From the sequence record MK962753.1: a stretch of DNA of 64,000 nt; one strand, given 5' to 3'. Below are positions 10,194 to 20,404 of this stretch, in pieces. Both the position numbers and the translations under genes were made by a program. This DNA comes from Shigella phage JK32. How positions within the stretch are numbered: position 1 is the first letter of the stretch; every line of letters begins with the position of its first letter. The notes beneath the pieces were generated by a model, which ran no database searches, had not been told where the DNA came from, and worked only from the letters and a program-made list of their open reading frames with translations.

Positions 10194-10229
10194 ATAATAA
10201 AACCATTATAGAGTAGTGTCAACTAATTT

Positions 10230-10754
10230 TTAGTATCCGCGTTCTTGACGGGCGAAGTTTTCAGCATTTTTCAGATAGTACAGAATAAAGAGTTCTTGAG
10301 CGTCAATACCCAGCGGGATCATCTTTGACAGAATGAAGTGGATCGCGTCCACAAATTCAAATTTCACTTCAAGCTGATCTTCTGGTGACAGTTCAGAGAA
10401 TTTACGCGCTCGCGCTTCCCCGTGGTTCTTTTTCCACATTTTCCAGATTGCACTTGCATCTTTGCCATTGGACATTCCACCCAGCGATGTGTAAAGCTCT
10501 CGTGTTTCGTCTGCGATAGCGTCATCCATCCGTTGCATCCAATCCAGCATTTCACCGCAAGTCTCTAGCTTAGTTGGATTTGGGACCCAATCAAATTTTT
10601 CGGATAATGCAACCTGCAAACCAGTTTGCATTTCTAGCATCACCTGAAACGGATCTTTACCTTCTGCAATCGCGTGATGATATGCGGCGATAGCCGCGTT
10701 AATATCTTTTTCGTTAACCAGACCAGCACAAGAATTAAATTCTGACATATTCAC
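10230..10754 (-). CDS. 56: dCTP pyrophosphatase (dCTPase)
   Basis: 174-aa ORF with strong similarity to T4 gp56, including the C-terminal ...LYYLKNAENFARQERGY. Confidence 0.85.
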   Translation of the reverse strand: MNMSEFNSCAGLVNEKDINAAIAAYHHAIAEGKDPFQVMLEMQTGLQVALSEKFDWVPNPTKLETCGEMLDWMQRMDDAIADETRELYTSLGGMSNGKDASAIWKMWKKNHGEARARKFSELSPEDQLEVKFEFVDAIHFILSKMIPLGIDAQELFILYYLKNAENFARQERGY

Positions 10755-10762
10755 CTCATTAA

Positions 10763-11791
10763 TTAAAATTTACAATATTTCATAAACCGCATTTTAGCCA
10801 TCAGACCTTGTACGGTGTTCTCTTTGATATATTCCATGATCTGGTCGCGTGTAGCGCCCTCGTCCTGAATCATGGCGTTAACGTCTTTAGAATGCCACGG
10901 GCAACGATCCCACAAAACAATCTTTTCCCCTGCATTGATAAACTTTTCCAGTCGGTGCATTGTATCGGCTGACCGTGGTTCGGCGTCAAGTACAAACACT
11001 CGCTGATCAGGGAAAGGGATTTCATCTAATCCCAAAGTACCGCCAGTAATTGCACACCCGTTATCAATAAACAATGAATCGATCGGACCTTCTAAGAAAT
11101 ACACTGGCTTACTCGGATCGGCGCGTTCAAGACCATAGACCTTACTCGCTAACTCGTGAGTTTTAATCGTCATATATTTGGTCTTTCCGTAATCCTTTCT
11201 CAATGCTCGCCCCTGAATGGATTCTATCTTGTTCTCACGGTTAAAGATAGGAATCACTAAACGCGGTTCAGGTTGTGGATTCTTGAAAGTATCAGCCTTA
11301 ATGTGATTTGCTACCTTTTGCCATTCTCTCGTGAAATACAGAAGATCCCATTTATCGTGGGGAATGCAACGATCACTGACATACTTTATTATAGGATGAT
11401 TAGCCGGAAGAGTATCTAATCTCTCGCAGAAAGGCAATGTTTGCACTTTCTTAATCTCCGGCTTTTCTACCTTTTTCAGTGGCTTGAACGTGGTGTTCTT
11501 GTGGTCGCCTTGTTCCTTACGTCGTTCCATAAGCCATTCCCTGAATAGGTCCGGCTTATACTGTTTGAGAAATTCACCTAACGGCTGATTGTAGTTACAG
11601 TTGAAACAGCCGCAACGCAAACTATCCTTATAGGTATAGATACGGAATCTCGCCATTGTGCTATTCTTTTTGGAATCTCCGCAGATCGGACAACTTGCTA
11701 CTAACGTAAATGAGTTAGTATGTAACCGCTTGAAATTTCGTTCGCCGTATAATGCTTTTTCGGCTATTTCATAATCTGCGTAGTAAATCAT
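10763..11791 (-). CDS. 61: DNA primase
   Basis: 342-aa ORF; CPICGDSKKN zinc ribbon and Toprim region collinear with T4 gp61. Confidence 0.9.
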   Translation of the reverse strand: MIYYADYEIAEKALYGERNFKRLHTNSFTLVASCPICGDSKKNSTMARFRIYTYKDSLRCGCFNCNYNQPLGEFLKQYKPDLFREWLMERRKEQGDHKNTTFKPLKKVEKPEIKKVQTLPFCERLDTLPANHPIIKYVSDRCIPHDKWDLLYFTREWQKVANHIKADTFKNPQPEPRLVIPIFNRENKIESIQGRALRKDYGKTKYMTIKTHELASKVYGLERADPSKPVYFLEGPIDSLFIDNGCAITGGTLGLDEIPFPDQRVFVLDAEPRSADTMHRLEKFINAGEKIVLWDRCPWHSKDVNAMIQDEGATRDQIMEYIKENTVQGLMAKMRFMKYCKF

Positions 11792-11800
11792 AATAACCTC

Positions 11801-12004
11801 TTATAGCTCAAATTTCATGAAAGTTCCTACACTTTCATTTTCATTCTCTCCGTTCTCATCTAAGCCAAATTTGTAGACACTACCATCTGGCGATGTGTAA
11901 GAGAATACACGAAAACGGCCTACCGGATCAAGTTCTGTAAATTCATATTCTTTTCCGGCTTCAAAAAGTGCATATGTGCTTTTAAGACATTTCATCGTAA
12001 TCAT
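11801..12004 (-). CDS. hypothetical protein
   Basis: 67-aa ORF. Confidence 0.35.
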   Translation of the reverse strand: MITMKCLKSTYALFEAGKEYEFTELDPVGRFRVFSYTSPDGSVYKFGLDENGENENESVGTFMKFEL

Positions 12005-12192
12005 TTAAGCGCCACCGACAACAGAATGAGAATTACACCAACATACATTGTGATCTCGGATAACTTTTCTGTTTTTGTTTTGTGTCCAGATAATCCGAAA
12101 ACAACAACACCTATAATAGCGGACAGCAAGCCAACGATAAACATGATGATACTAAGCACCGTCTTTCTCCTTCTTGCGTTTTTCTTTACCAA
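12001..12192 (-). CDS. small membrane protein (two hydrophobic helices)
   Basis: 63-aa ORF, hydrophobic. Confidence 0.35.
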   Translation of the reverse strand: MVKKNARRRKTVLSIIMFIVGLLSAIIGVVVFGLSGHKTKTEKLSEITMYVGVILILLSVALK

Positions 12193-12324
12193 CTACACTA
12201 GGTCCACGATTGGTAATAGATCCGCTCGTTTCCCCCGCTGCGATCTTCTCAGGATTGCCGCCAGCATCGCCAGCGGTCATATCTTCTTTGAGTTTATTTT
12301 CTTCAACAAACTGTTTAAAGCCAA

Positions 12325-12699
12325 TCATAGAATAATCTCTTTCAGTAAGTCAACAATCTGGTCTTTCGTCAGTTTATCCTGATTCTCTACAATCTTGATG
12401 ACACAAGCGTTAACATCTTTGCGAGTCACGCGGGAGATCGTTTTAATACGATGAAACGGTTCGTAGAAATATACTGCTTCATTATAGAGCGCAGCAATTT
12501 TTCGACGCATTTGATCTTTATCAGCCAGAAAAACAATTGCAGTTTTCGGATCTACACCAGCCACATCATAAAGTTCGGCGACTCCCCAGCGTCCTTCCGG
12601 TTCAACCATACCAGCATGTTTACCGTTAATAAAGATAAGAATGTCTCCGTTATTTGCGGTTTTAAATGCTACATCTTCCGGTGTAATCATATTTTTCAT
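12325..12699 (-). CDS. hypothetical protein
   Basis: 124-aa ORF. Confidence 0.4.
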   Translation of the reverse strand: MKNMITPEDVAFKTANNGDILIFINGKHAGMVEPEGRWGVAELYDVAGVDPKTAIVFLADKDQMRRKIAALYNEAVYFYEPFHRIKTISRVTRKDVNACVIKIVENQDKLTKDQIVDLLKEIIL

Positions 12700-12729
12700 A
12701 ATATAGTCTCCTTAGAGTTTCATTATAGG

Positions 12730-13365
12730 TCAAGCGAACGTAGAAAGCAAATGTTTTGTTTCTTTCAGTTGTCGTTCAAGATCTTTGCGTTTCTCTTTAA
12801 GTTGCATTTTAGCATTGTTTCGCTGTTTTTCAACATCTTTATCGATGTGCTTAGTCCAATTATCAATATCAGAATAAGTTGGCATACCCAATTCTAAACC
12901 TAATGCGGTTGGATACAGGGTAACAGTCCATAAACCGCTAATCTTCTTAAATAGGTCAGGGTGTAGTGTACTACCTACATCTTCCGGTGTCAACTCTTTT
13001 TCTTCTTTCAGTGGTGGGATCTCGTCATATGGTTCCAGTGCATTTACTTTAATATCAGATACCTCATCAAAGAATCCGCGTACATCCGCAGGAAATACAC
13101 AAGCAATTTCCCAACCGTGATCACGCAGAGAAGTAATATTTTTCACTCCCCCACCATGTGTGATGATTGATGTGACATTGCCATCAAGGTCCACCGAATT
13201 TACGAGAAATGGCTTATCGTCTGTCAGATCATTATAAAACTGTGCTTCGGCTGTAGTCATCTCCAGAAACAGATCTCGGATCGGACGACCATCAGGTGCG
13301 TTACCTTCCTTGAGAGTATAAAAGCGACTTACGATCCATTTTGGCGGTAAAGCATTAGCGATCAT
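12730..13365 (-). CDS. hypothetical protein
   Basis: 211-aa ORF between primase and helicase. Confidence 0.4.
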   Translation of the reverse strand: MIANALPPKWIVSRFYTLKEGNAPDGRPIRDLFLEMTTAEAQFYNDLTDDKPFLVNSVDLDGNVTSIITHGGGVKNITSLRDHGWEIACVFPADVRGFFDEVSDIKVNALEPYDEIPPLKEEKELTPEDVGSTLHPDLFKKISGLWTVTLYPTALGLELGMPTYSDIDNWTKHIDKDVEKQRNNAKMQLKEKRKDLERQLKETKHLLSTFA

Positions 13366-13415
13366 GTTATATCTCCTATCAAATCATTCACCAGCGCCCC
13401 GTAGGGCGCATTTTA

Positions 13416-14828
13416 TTAGAAAGTCATGTTATTTGCTAGCTCGTCGAGTTTTTCGCGTTTCTCGGCTTGCTGTGCGCTTTGTGGTTTAACTTGTGCATTC
13501 TCCTGATCTGCGATCTGGTTTGGTACTTCATACCAACGCTGATTTCCTTTTTTCACACCAACGTTAAACCGTGAATAGTAGTTCTTATCACCGTAACGAG
13601 ACTTGATCTGCTTCATGAGTTGGACGCCCATTTTAGCCAGGTCTTCGGTTTCAATTACACCCAACATAAAATCTGCAGTAGCCGGAAGACCTGCTGATTC
13701 AGCGGTATCACTCATGTTAAGGTCGGAAGCATCCCAACCCGCGCGGGTAGTTTGTGCCGCAGTCCAACCAACAACATCCCACTTAACAAAAAATCCGCGA
13801 AGTTCTTCCGCAATCGCTTTAACGAGAGTGTAGCTATTCTCAGAGTATACACGCAAGCGAGACGATGCGCAAATCCCCAGATAGTCAACAATCACAACAT
13901 CAGGTTTAAACTGTTTCTTGAGTCGCAATTCATTCATTAACGCCTCAAAGTGGTTGGAGTTCGCGCCACCTGTCGGATATTGCTTGATCATCAATTTTCC
14001 AACCGGACGATCTCCGATCTTCTTATTCTTGACACGCTTCATACGTGCGGAATATTCAGCAAAGGAAACATTACCACTATCCAATTCATCTAAGGTAATG
14101 TCAAGCAAGTTTGCGTCAATACGTTTGGCTACGACATGCTCTGCCATTTCCATAGAGATATACAGAACATTATAACCGCATTCCATATAGTCCGCAGCAA
14201 GAGAACACAAACCCAATGATTTGCCAACGTTTACACCAGCGAGTAAAACATTCAATGTCTTTTTCTCTGCCCCACCTTTCGTGATTTTATTCAACATCGG
14301 CAGCTTAAACGGGATCTTATTCGCTTTAGTCTGATATAGCAAGAATCGTTTTTCAAAGTCATTAAACCAGTCATGACCTACATCAGAATCAAACGTAATT
14401 GATAATGCCTCCTGCATGATCTCAGGAATAGCACCCTCACTCGGCAATTTCTTATTCTGTTTCTCTTTTGGTAGTTGTGCGTTCGCCTGAATCTCAAGCG
14501 CCCGTGACATTGCGTTATACATGGCACGGTCACGAATAAATTTTTCGGTTTCCTTCATTAACCAATCAAGGTCTTCCGGTGTATTCTCAAGCGAATCAAG
14601 AAGAGTTTTAGCCCCTTCATATGTTGTCTGATTGCCTCTCTCCTTGTCTAAAGCAATCTGTAATGCAGTTGGCGTAGGAATATTGGAATATTCGTCTACG
14701 TGCTTTTTAATCAGCTTATAAATCAGTTTTTCTTCGTCTTCGGTGAAGTAGTCCGCTTTAAGATGAGGCCATACATTCGTAAAGAATGCGCCATTGTAAA
14801 TCAACTGTGAAAAGATAGTTTTAATCAT
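13416..14828 (-). CDS. 41: replicative DNA helicase (DnaB-like)
   Basis: 470-aa ORF; GVNVGKS Walker A; collinear with T4 gp41. Confidence 0.9.
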   Translation of the reverse strand: MIKTIFSQLIYNGAFFTNVWPHLKADYFTEDEEKLIYKLIKKHVDEYSNIPTPTALQIALDKERGNQTTYEGAKTLLDSLENTPEDLDWLMKETEKFIRDRAMYNAMSRALEIQANAQLPKEKQNKKLPSEGAIPEIMQEALSITFDSDVGHDWFNDFEKRFLLYQTKANKIPFKLPMLNKITKGGAEKKTLNVLLAGVNVGKSLGLCSLAADYMECGYNVLYISMEMAEHVVAKRIDANLLDITLDELDSGNVSFAEYSARMKRVKNKKIGDRPVGKLMIKQYPTGGANSNHFEALMNELRLKKQFKPDVVIVDYLGICASSRLRVYSENSYTLVKAIAEELRGFFVKWDVVGWTAAQTTRAGWDASDLNMSDTAESAGLPATADFMLGVIETEDLAKMGVQLMKQIKSRYGDKNYYSRFNVGVKKGNQRWYEVPNQIADQENAQVKPQSAQQAEKREKLDELANNMTF

Positions 14829-15142
14829 ACATAGCCCCCAACTACACGCATAACAAAGGTCTTTAGTTTATACCAGAAAGTTTCTTTTTTCAACTTTTCT
14901 TCTGCTTCTTTGATCTGCGCTGTTAACGCCTTAATGACGTGAGGATATACCACATCACGATCTGACGGCGTGGAGTAGTCGACCACAATACCTTTAGTGT
15001 CTGGATCGTATTCAACATTATGAATATAGACAATATGATGCTCTCCCTCTTCATCAACAATTATCAGTTCCTGAATAACTGTCTTCATTGCTTCTTGAAT
15101 CAAGCCGTGTGCTTCTTCTAAACTTGTTGGTTTCTTATCCAT
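14825..15142 (-). CDS. hypothetical protein (position of T4 gene 40)
   Basis: 105-aa ORF; positional only. Confidence 0.3.
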   Translation of the reverse strand: MDKKPTSLEEAHGLIQEAMKTVIQELIIVDEEGEHHIVYIHNVEYDPDTKGIVVDYSTPSDRDVVYPHVIKALTAQIKEAEEKLKKETFWYKLKTFVMRVVGGYV

Positions 15143-15162
15143 AATATAATCCTCTCTAGATA

Positions 15163-15187
15163 TGAAAAAGGGGCACGTAGCCCCTTT
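15163..15187 (-). terminator. rho-independent terminator after uvsX (stem AAAGGGGC/GCCCCTTT)
   Basis: GC-rich hairpin followed by T-run on minus strand. Confidence 0.5.
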
Positions 15188-15197
15188 ACTACCATTG

Positions 15198-16268
15198 TTA
15201 TGCTAACATATCTTCGATTTCTTTGTCAACTGCTTCGTCGCTGATCACTTGCCCCAGCTTATAATGATCGTTGATTGCTTCGTTAAACTTATCGTTTGTC
15301 AGAAGTGGTTTCCAGAACTCAATGCTATTGGTTTCTTTAGCACGGAACTTGCGTTCTTCGGTTTCCATCTCTCCGGTCTCAGTATTCAGGATTGAACGAG
15401 AATACCAGCCGTTTGACGGTTTCACTACCCAGCCTAACTCTACAGCCAACTCCAGCAAACCGGAATAAGGATCGATGCCACCGCTAAATGTTACGCTAAT
15501 CGGGAACTTAGATTTTTCTTTAACGGTTCGTGATTTTTCCGCATTCAGGATAAAATCATAACCAGTAATTTCGGTTCCTTCTTTCTGCTGACGACGACCA
15601 ATAATGAAAACTTCATTGGCTGAATACATCGCGCCCGTACCGCCGGACATAACGGTCTTACTAAACATTTCTTGCGTTTCGTAAGTGTGGTTAATAGCGA
15701 TGCACGGGATATCATTCATAGTCAGATACGGCGTAACCATACGGAACAAGCCTTTAAGTGCTTTAGCTCGCGTCATATCCTGCGCGGATTTCTCATTAAT
15801 CGCGTCTTCAACTTCTTTTTTACTTGCCAAGTTACCGATTGAGTCAATAAAGATGATCACTTTATCTTCACGGGTAATTTGCTCAAGCTGGTTCATGATT
15901 TCAAATTTAAGTTCTTCGATGTTCTTGATTGGAACATGCACCACGCGATCAGGATCTACGCCCATAGATTCCAGATATGCGGAAGTAATACCGAACTCAG
16001 AATCAAAGAACAAACAAGCCGCATCGGGATTCTGTTTCATGTATGCACTAACACAAGTTAATCCCATGTTTGATTTAAAGTGCTTAGACGGACCAGCAAA
16101 GAAAATCAGACCAGATTGAAAGCCTTTTTTAAGATCACCTGAAAACGCAATATTCAGCATCGGGATCTTAGTGCGAGTATTTGTTTTTTCGTTAAAGAAG
16201 CTGGATTTAGACAGTACCGCAGTAGTTTTCAGGGTAGAGTTCTTTTTCAGTTTTTCAAGTACAGACAT
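15198..16268 (-). CDS. uvsX: UvsX recombinase (RecA-like)
   Basis: 356-aa ORF; GPSKHFKS Walker A; strong similarity to T4 UvsX. Confidence 0.9.
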   Translation of the reverse strand: MSVLEKLKKNSTLKTTAVLSKSSFFNEKTNTRTKIPMLNIAFSGDLKKGFQSGLIFFAGPSKHFKSNMGLTCVSAYMKQNPDAACLFFDSEFGITSAYLESMGVDPDRVVHVPIKNIEELKFEIMNQLEQITREDKVIIFIDSIGNLASKKEVEDAINEKSAQDMTRAKALKGLFRMVTPYLTMNDIPCIAINHTYETQEMFSKTVMSGGTGAMYSANEVFIIGRRQQKEGTEITGYDFILNAEKSRTVKEKSKFPISVTFSGGIDPYSGLLELAVELGWVVKPSNGWYSRSILNTETGEMETEERKFRAKETNSIEFWKPLLTNDKFNEAINDHYKLGQVISDEAVDKEIEDMLA

Positions 16269-16279
16269 TATTAATACCT

Positions 16280-16507
16280 CTATTCAGTTAATCCGTAATA
16301 CTTTAATTGCTTCATTGTTATTCGATCTTTGTAGTGCTCTTGAATTAACTTTTTCATCGCATCAACATCGATCGTCACAAATACTTCGTTGCTGTGATTT
16401 CCGTGAACTTTCTTGAAATGCTCTATACCTTCCTCACGTTCACGTTTAATCTTTTCAATGTCTCTCATAGTATATTTCTCACGTTGGCGGGTATCGTCAC
16501 CCAACAC
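16280..16507 (-). CDS. hypothetical protein
   Basis: 75-aa ORF; only gene between uvsX and gene 43. Confidence 0.3.
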   Translation of the reverse strand: MLGDDTRQREKYTMRDIEKIKREREEGIEHFKKVHGNHSNEVFVTIDVDAMKKLIQEHYKDRITMKQLKYYGLTE

Positions 16508-16529
16508 CCGCCATTATACACACTTTATC

Positions 16530-18006
16530 TTAAATGTCAAACAGGTCTGTAAGAGATGCCACTTTTTCATATTGCAGCTTTGCAGCCGTGGTAATGTTCT
16601 CCAGTGGTTTGACGAAAGTCTTATTAAACAACAAAGGCCAGTCTAACCACTTTAACACCTCTGATTCAATTTCTGGAGGAATACGAGTACCGGACAACCA
16701 ACCAAAACAGATTTCTCCAAACGGATTTCGGTCTTTAAGCGGTACAATCATAACCTTCTCGCCTTCACGAATCGGATCTAGTCCGAATTTTCTGGCATTA
16801 CGATTATAACACAATACACTCTTAACCGCATACGGACAACCCTTAATCGGATACCCGTTTGAATCGCTGTATTTCTGTAGGTTGTTTGCAGATGATACCG
16901 CAGCAACCTCAAGATAATCAAGTTTTCTAAATTCTTGCTCAAAAATACCGTAGTATTCCTGCAATGACTCTTCACCTTCCTGCAACATACGGCGAATACA
17001 TTCTTTCAGTGATTTCTGACATGCTTTAGGGGTAGAGCTACGTTGCGTTTCCAAGCCCATGATTTTTAGCTTAGGTTCAGCAAAGCGTGTTCCTTCCATA
17101 TCCCAAACATTAAGAGCATAACGCTTTTTACCAGTCCAGAATCCACCGATACCCGCAGATTTCAACGGAGGACCAGCAATTGCCTCACGGTCCATAAACA
17201 TCAAGTGCTCATAGTTGTTCATGTACTCGCATAACTCGCGATATCCTTTGTCGATAATCGGTTCCATTCGATGTTTACCGAAATTATCAAGGAAGTCAAC
17301 AAGTTTTTCGGTATCGTCAAAACGGTCTTCCCCGCCAACCTTATCAACAACATTGTTAACCAGCACATAAACGGAGTCAGTATCACAATAACGAACATAT
17401 GCAAAATCAGTTGTTCCGCAAAGCTCGTTTAAGTATTCGTTAATCTTACGCTCAATCCACTGAATTGCAAGCTGACCGAACAGTGTGATCGCACTAGCGT
17501 TACGGAGATCATAAAAACGGAATTTAGGATTCCCCAACGCACCATAAAGGGAGTTGATCAAAACTTTTCGAGAAAGCTGGTTTGTATTGCACAAGATCGA
17601 CTCGTCTTTACATTCTTCCAGCAATTTCTCTAAGGCATCTTTGCTCAATTCAGAAAGCATCGATTTAAACGCTTCATCGAAGTCGTGACGCACTTCAACG
17701 CTATAGCTAATGGTTCCCCCATAAACATGATTTTCATCGTGTAGAATCGCTTTACAGAGTTCAGCATTGCGATCACATGCCAACATCATGTTTTTGTACT
17801 GCTTACGCTGGTCAAATACCTTTTTAATCTCAATCGGTACGATACCATGAATATCTTTTCGATACATCCATCCGTTAGGCGAGCAAGAATACTCATCACT
17901 CGGACGCGGGGCAGTTTTATTAATATACTCGTGCATCGGTGCAGCATCAAAAGATCCAGCGATTGTTTCCGGCGAAATGTTAGCCTGACGAATGATTGAT
18001 GGATAC
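16530..18006 (-). CDS. 43: DNA polymerase gp43, exon 2 (polymerase domain; KILINSLYGALGN and YCDTDSVYV motifs)
   Basis: Frame reads WYPSIIRQANISPETI... directly after an in-frame stop, upstream of the annotated Met at 17936; family-B motifs B and C present. Confidence 0.8.
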
Positions 18007-18146
18007 CATTATGTTCAGCGCGGTTCGCTACTCCCGCGCCCGTTCTCTTGCGAACTGCTACATGTCACCATGTAGATCAGACTATATCACATTCTCATAG
18101 AGAATCCTGCCATTTCGAATCGCTTGATTCTACTCTACTCGGTTCG

Positions 18147-18971
18147 TTACCCTTTCGATAGTCGTTGAACAACTGCATCTTTAAGCTCATTTTGATCAAA
18201 CGGTGTTCTCTTACAGTACCCGCTATAATTCTTAGCAAAAGGTTTCTTCTTACCAAAGATCTCTTTTCCTGAATTATATGCTTCAACAAGAAAATTCACC
18301 ATTTCATCAAATGTGAAACTTGCAAATTTAGCATAAGTTTCATTACGTTTTGACATTATTTTACTCATAACTTCCGGTCGTTTAGACGCTGAATTTTCTC
18401 GTTTCTCGCCAGTATTAAATGATACTAACTCACCGGAAACATATCTAGGATCGTCACAACTAACTCTAAACCGATTTCCTTCCTTATCCTTAACGATAAC
18501 AGTATTCTTTAGCTTTTCTGCCATAGAATCAAGACCTTTTCGTATAGTGTCCTCATCAGCCCCGAAATATTTCTTTCCGCTCATATCGGTTCTGGCTTTT
18601 CCGGTCTTGTTTTCGGATATTTTCCGTCTAACTTCCTCTCGCTTGGCTGGGTTATTGTCTCCAGCGAATGCATCTTTGGTTAACGCCTTCACTTTATCGT
18701 CATAAGACCCTCTAGAGATGAAAGCATATGCTCTCTTACACTCACCGTTATTGAATATTAAACACAACAACCGATGCGCCTCTACATGGTCTTCAAACTT
18801 TAGTCTTACGAGATTCCATTTATCTAACCGATGTTCAGGAAACATGGACTTCGGGCATATATGATGCACCTCGGAATATTCTTCACCCTGATACGGATTA
18901 GACACCAGTTTAATGTAGTCGTTTAATGCTTCCTCGTTATGTATTTCGTACTTTCTTAAAATGTCTTTCAT
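18147..18971 (-). CDS. intron-encoded HNH homing endonuclease
   Basis: EVHHICPKS...N...H HNH motif; start set at ATG (MKDILRKY) preceded by GGAGG, ORF track starts upstream at a non-ATG codon. Confidence 0.7.
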   Translation of the reverse strand: MKDILRKYEIHNEEALNDYIKLVSNPYQGEEYSEVHHICPKSMFPEHRLDKWNLVRLKFEDHVEAHRLLCLIFNNGECKRAYAFISRGSYDDKVKALTKDAFAGDNNPAKREEVRRKISENKTGKARTDMSGKKYFGADEDTIRKGLDSMAEKLKNTVIVKDKEGNRFRVSCDDPRYVSGELVSFNTGEKRENSASKRPEVMSKIMSKRNETYAKFASFTFDEMVNFLVEAYNSGKEIFGKKKPFAKNYSGYCKRTPFDQNELKDAVVQRLSKG

Positions 18972-18994
18972 CTCGCGCCTCCAATGTATATCAA

Positions 18995-19002
18995 TATTTA
19001 TA
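18995..19002 (-). promoter_or_regulatory. late promoter consensus TATAAATA upstream of intron ORF
   Basis: Exact TATAAATA on minus strand about 24 nt upstream of the endonuclease ATG. Confidence 0.5.
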
Positions 19003-19120
19003 TACATTATAAGACACGTTAGCTCAAAATGCAACTGCTGCTGATTGTCTCCTTAGAGATTTCCCAGCAATTAAGCAGGTTATTCGATCACTGTCACCAG
19101 TGAAAGCCCCATATCAGTTT

Positions 19121-20352
19121 AGGGAAGTAAGGTCAAAACTCATCATCCATCTGTAAGCATTAGGCACTGGCTCTTTTACGAATGCACCCGGATATGTCTG
19201 TTTAGGCTGTATCTTATTTTCAGGTACTACTTTACCCTCAGCTTTCAGAGATCCGAAAATAATAGCATCCCATACTTTCATCGGGTTATAAACATGGTTA
19301 AATTTAATCTTTGCATAGAAACATAGACTATACACAAGATCGATAAATCCACGCTTTTTATCAATCGCCAGCACACGATCAACGTCGCCGATGTTATAAT
19401 CGATGTAAAGTTGATGGTTGTCATCACGCAATTTCTTTAACGGACCATCATAATCAACCTTACCGATTCCTGTCTCATATTCAGCAACATAATCTAACGC
19501 ATATGTTGGTTGAGTCGTAAAGCTAAATTTCTTGTACAGGTCAATATAATCAAGGCTTTCGATCCCCATGATCGTAAATGCTTCACGCTCGTTGCCAAAA
19601 TCATCCTGTGAGATTCGGGATTTAATCTTACCGCACGGGCTTAGACGGTTAGCGGTTCTACTTCCGAACTTATTACTGATACGTTTAATGATATATGGAA
19701 TATCGAATGTTTCTGTGTTCCAGCCAGTGAAACCAACGGGTCGGTTTTCCTCAAAGAATCGGATGTATTCTAACAGCAATTCATCTTCTGTATCATAGAC
19801 GTTATAAACAACGCGCTCTACAATATCAGGTCGAAGAATAGACTTTCTTGCTTCCCAGATTTCACCGTTTCTTCCTTTCAAATCAAATACAAAGAAACGA
19901 TCATGTACGGAATCATAATGCGTAATTGCATCGATAGGATATTTCGCTTCTTCTGGTTTAGGAAATTCTGGGGCGGTGACCTCAATATCAACCCATGCTA
20001 CACGGATTTTATTTCGGTCATATCGAATCTCGCCTTTATATGTATCGGACAGATAGGAGATGATAAAATCATCCATCCCTAGTGCCTCTTGCCCCATTTC
20101 TCCCATCTTTTTACGCCATTTGTTGGCCTCGTTCATAGATGGGAATTTTTTAGCAATGCAAGGCTTGCCATAGATATCTTTATAATTCGTAACCATACCA
20201 GGCGCGGCATGATGAAATAAAGTTGGCGTATATTCAACGTAACGCTCTTGTTCTTGTCCAGCATCATCAATATAACGCTCGTAGATCTTATCACCTACTC
20301 GCTCACATGACAGAAAATACATAATATAAACTCCTTCACTTACGAAAGACAC
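19121..20352 (-). CDS. 43: DNA polymerase gp43, exon 1 (N-terminal and 3'-5' exonuclease domains)
   Basis: Collinear with T4 gp43 residues 1 to about 410; ORF terminates one codon after ...SFDLTSL. Confidence 0.8.
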
Positions 20353-20404
20353 TCATTATAGGGGAATCGACTTAGTTTGTCAATACCCCTATCCCATCAG
20401 TATC

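Larger units (their letters stand above)
18007..19120 (-). mobile_element. putative group I intron in gene 43 (1114 nt)
   Basis: Splits conserved SFDLTSL/YPSII; U at -1 and terminal G; P-, Q-, R-, S-like core elements; internal HNH ORF. Confidence 0.75.

Noticed and set aside
10194-10222. Possible promoter overlapping the terminator after gene 56
   Set aside because: A -35-like TTGACA is present but the only -10 candidate at 17-nt spacing is a weak TATTAT; too uncertain to list as a feature
10364-10555. Minus-strand ORFs nested out of frame inside larger genes (10364-10555, 16778-16975, 17219-17404, 18095-18289, 27917-28207, 35378-35626, 47063-47308, 54144-54419)
   Set aside because: Fully contained in an alternative frame of a confidently identified gene; no independent support
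18007-19120. Intein or simple split 43A/43B gene as explanation for the gene 43 interruption
   Set aside because: The insert is not in frame with the exons (stop codons on both sides) so it is not an intein; group I core elements and the U/G splice boundaries favour an intron, though separate translation of two subunits is not formally excluded
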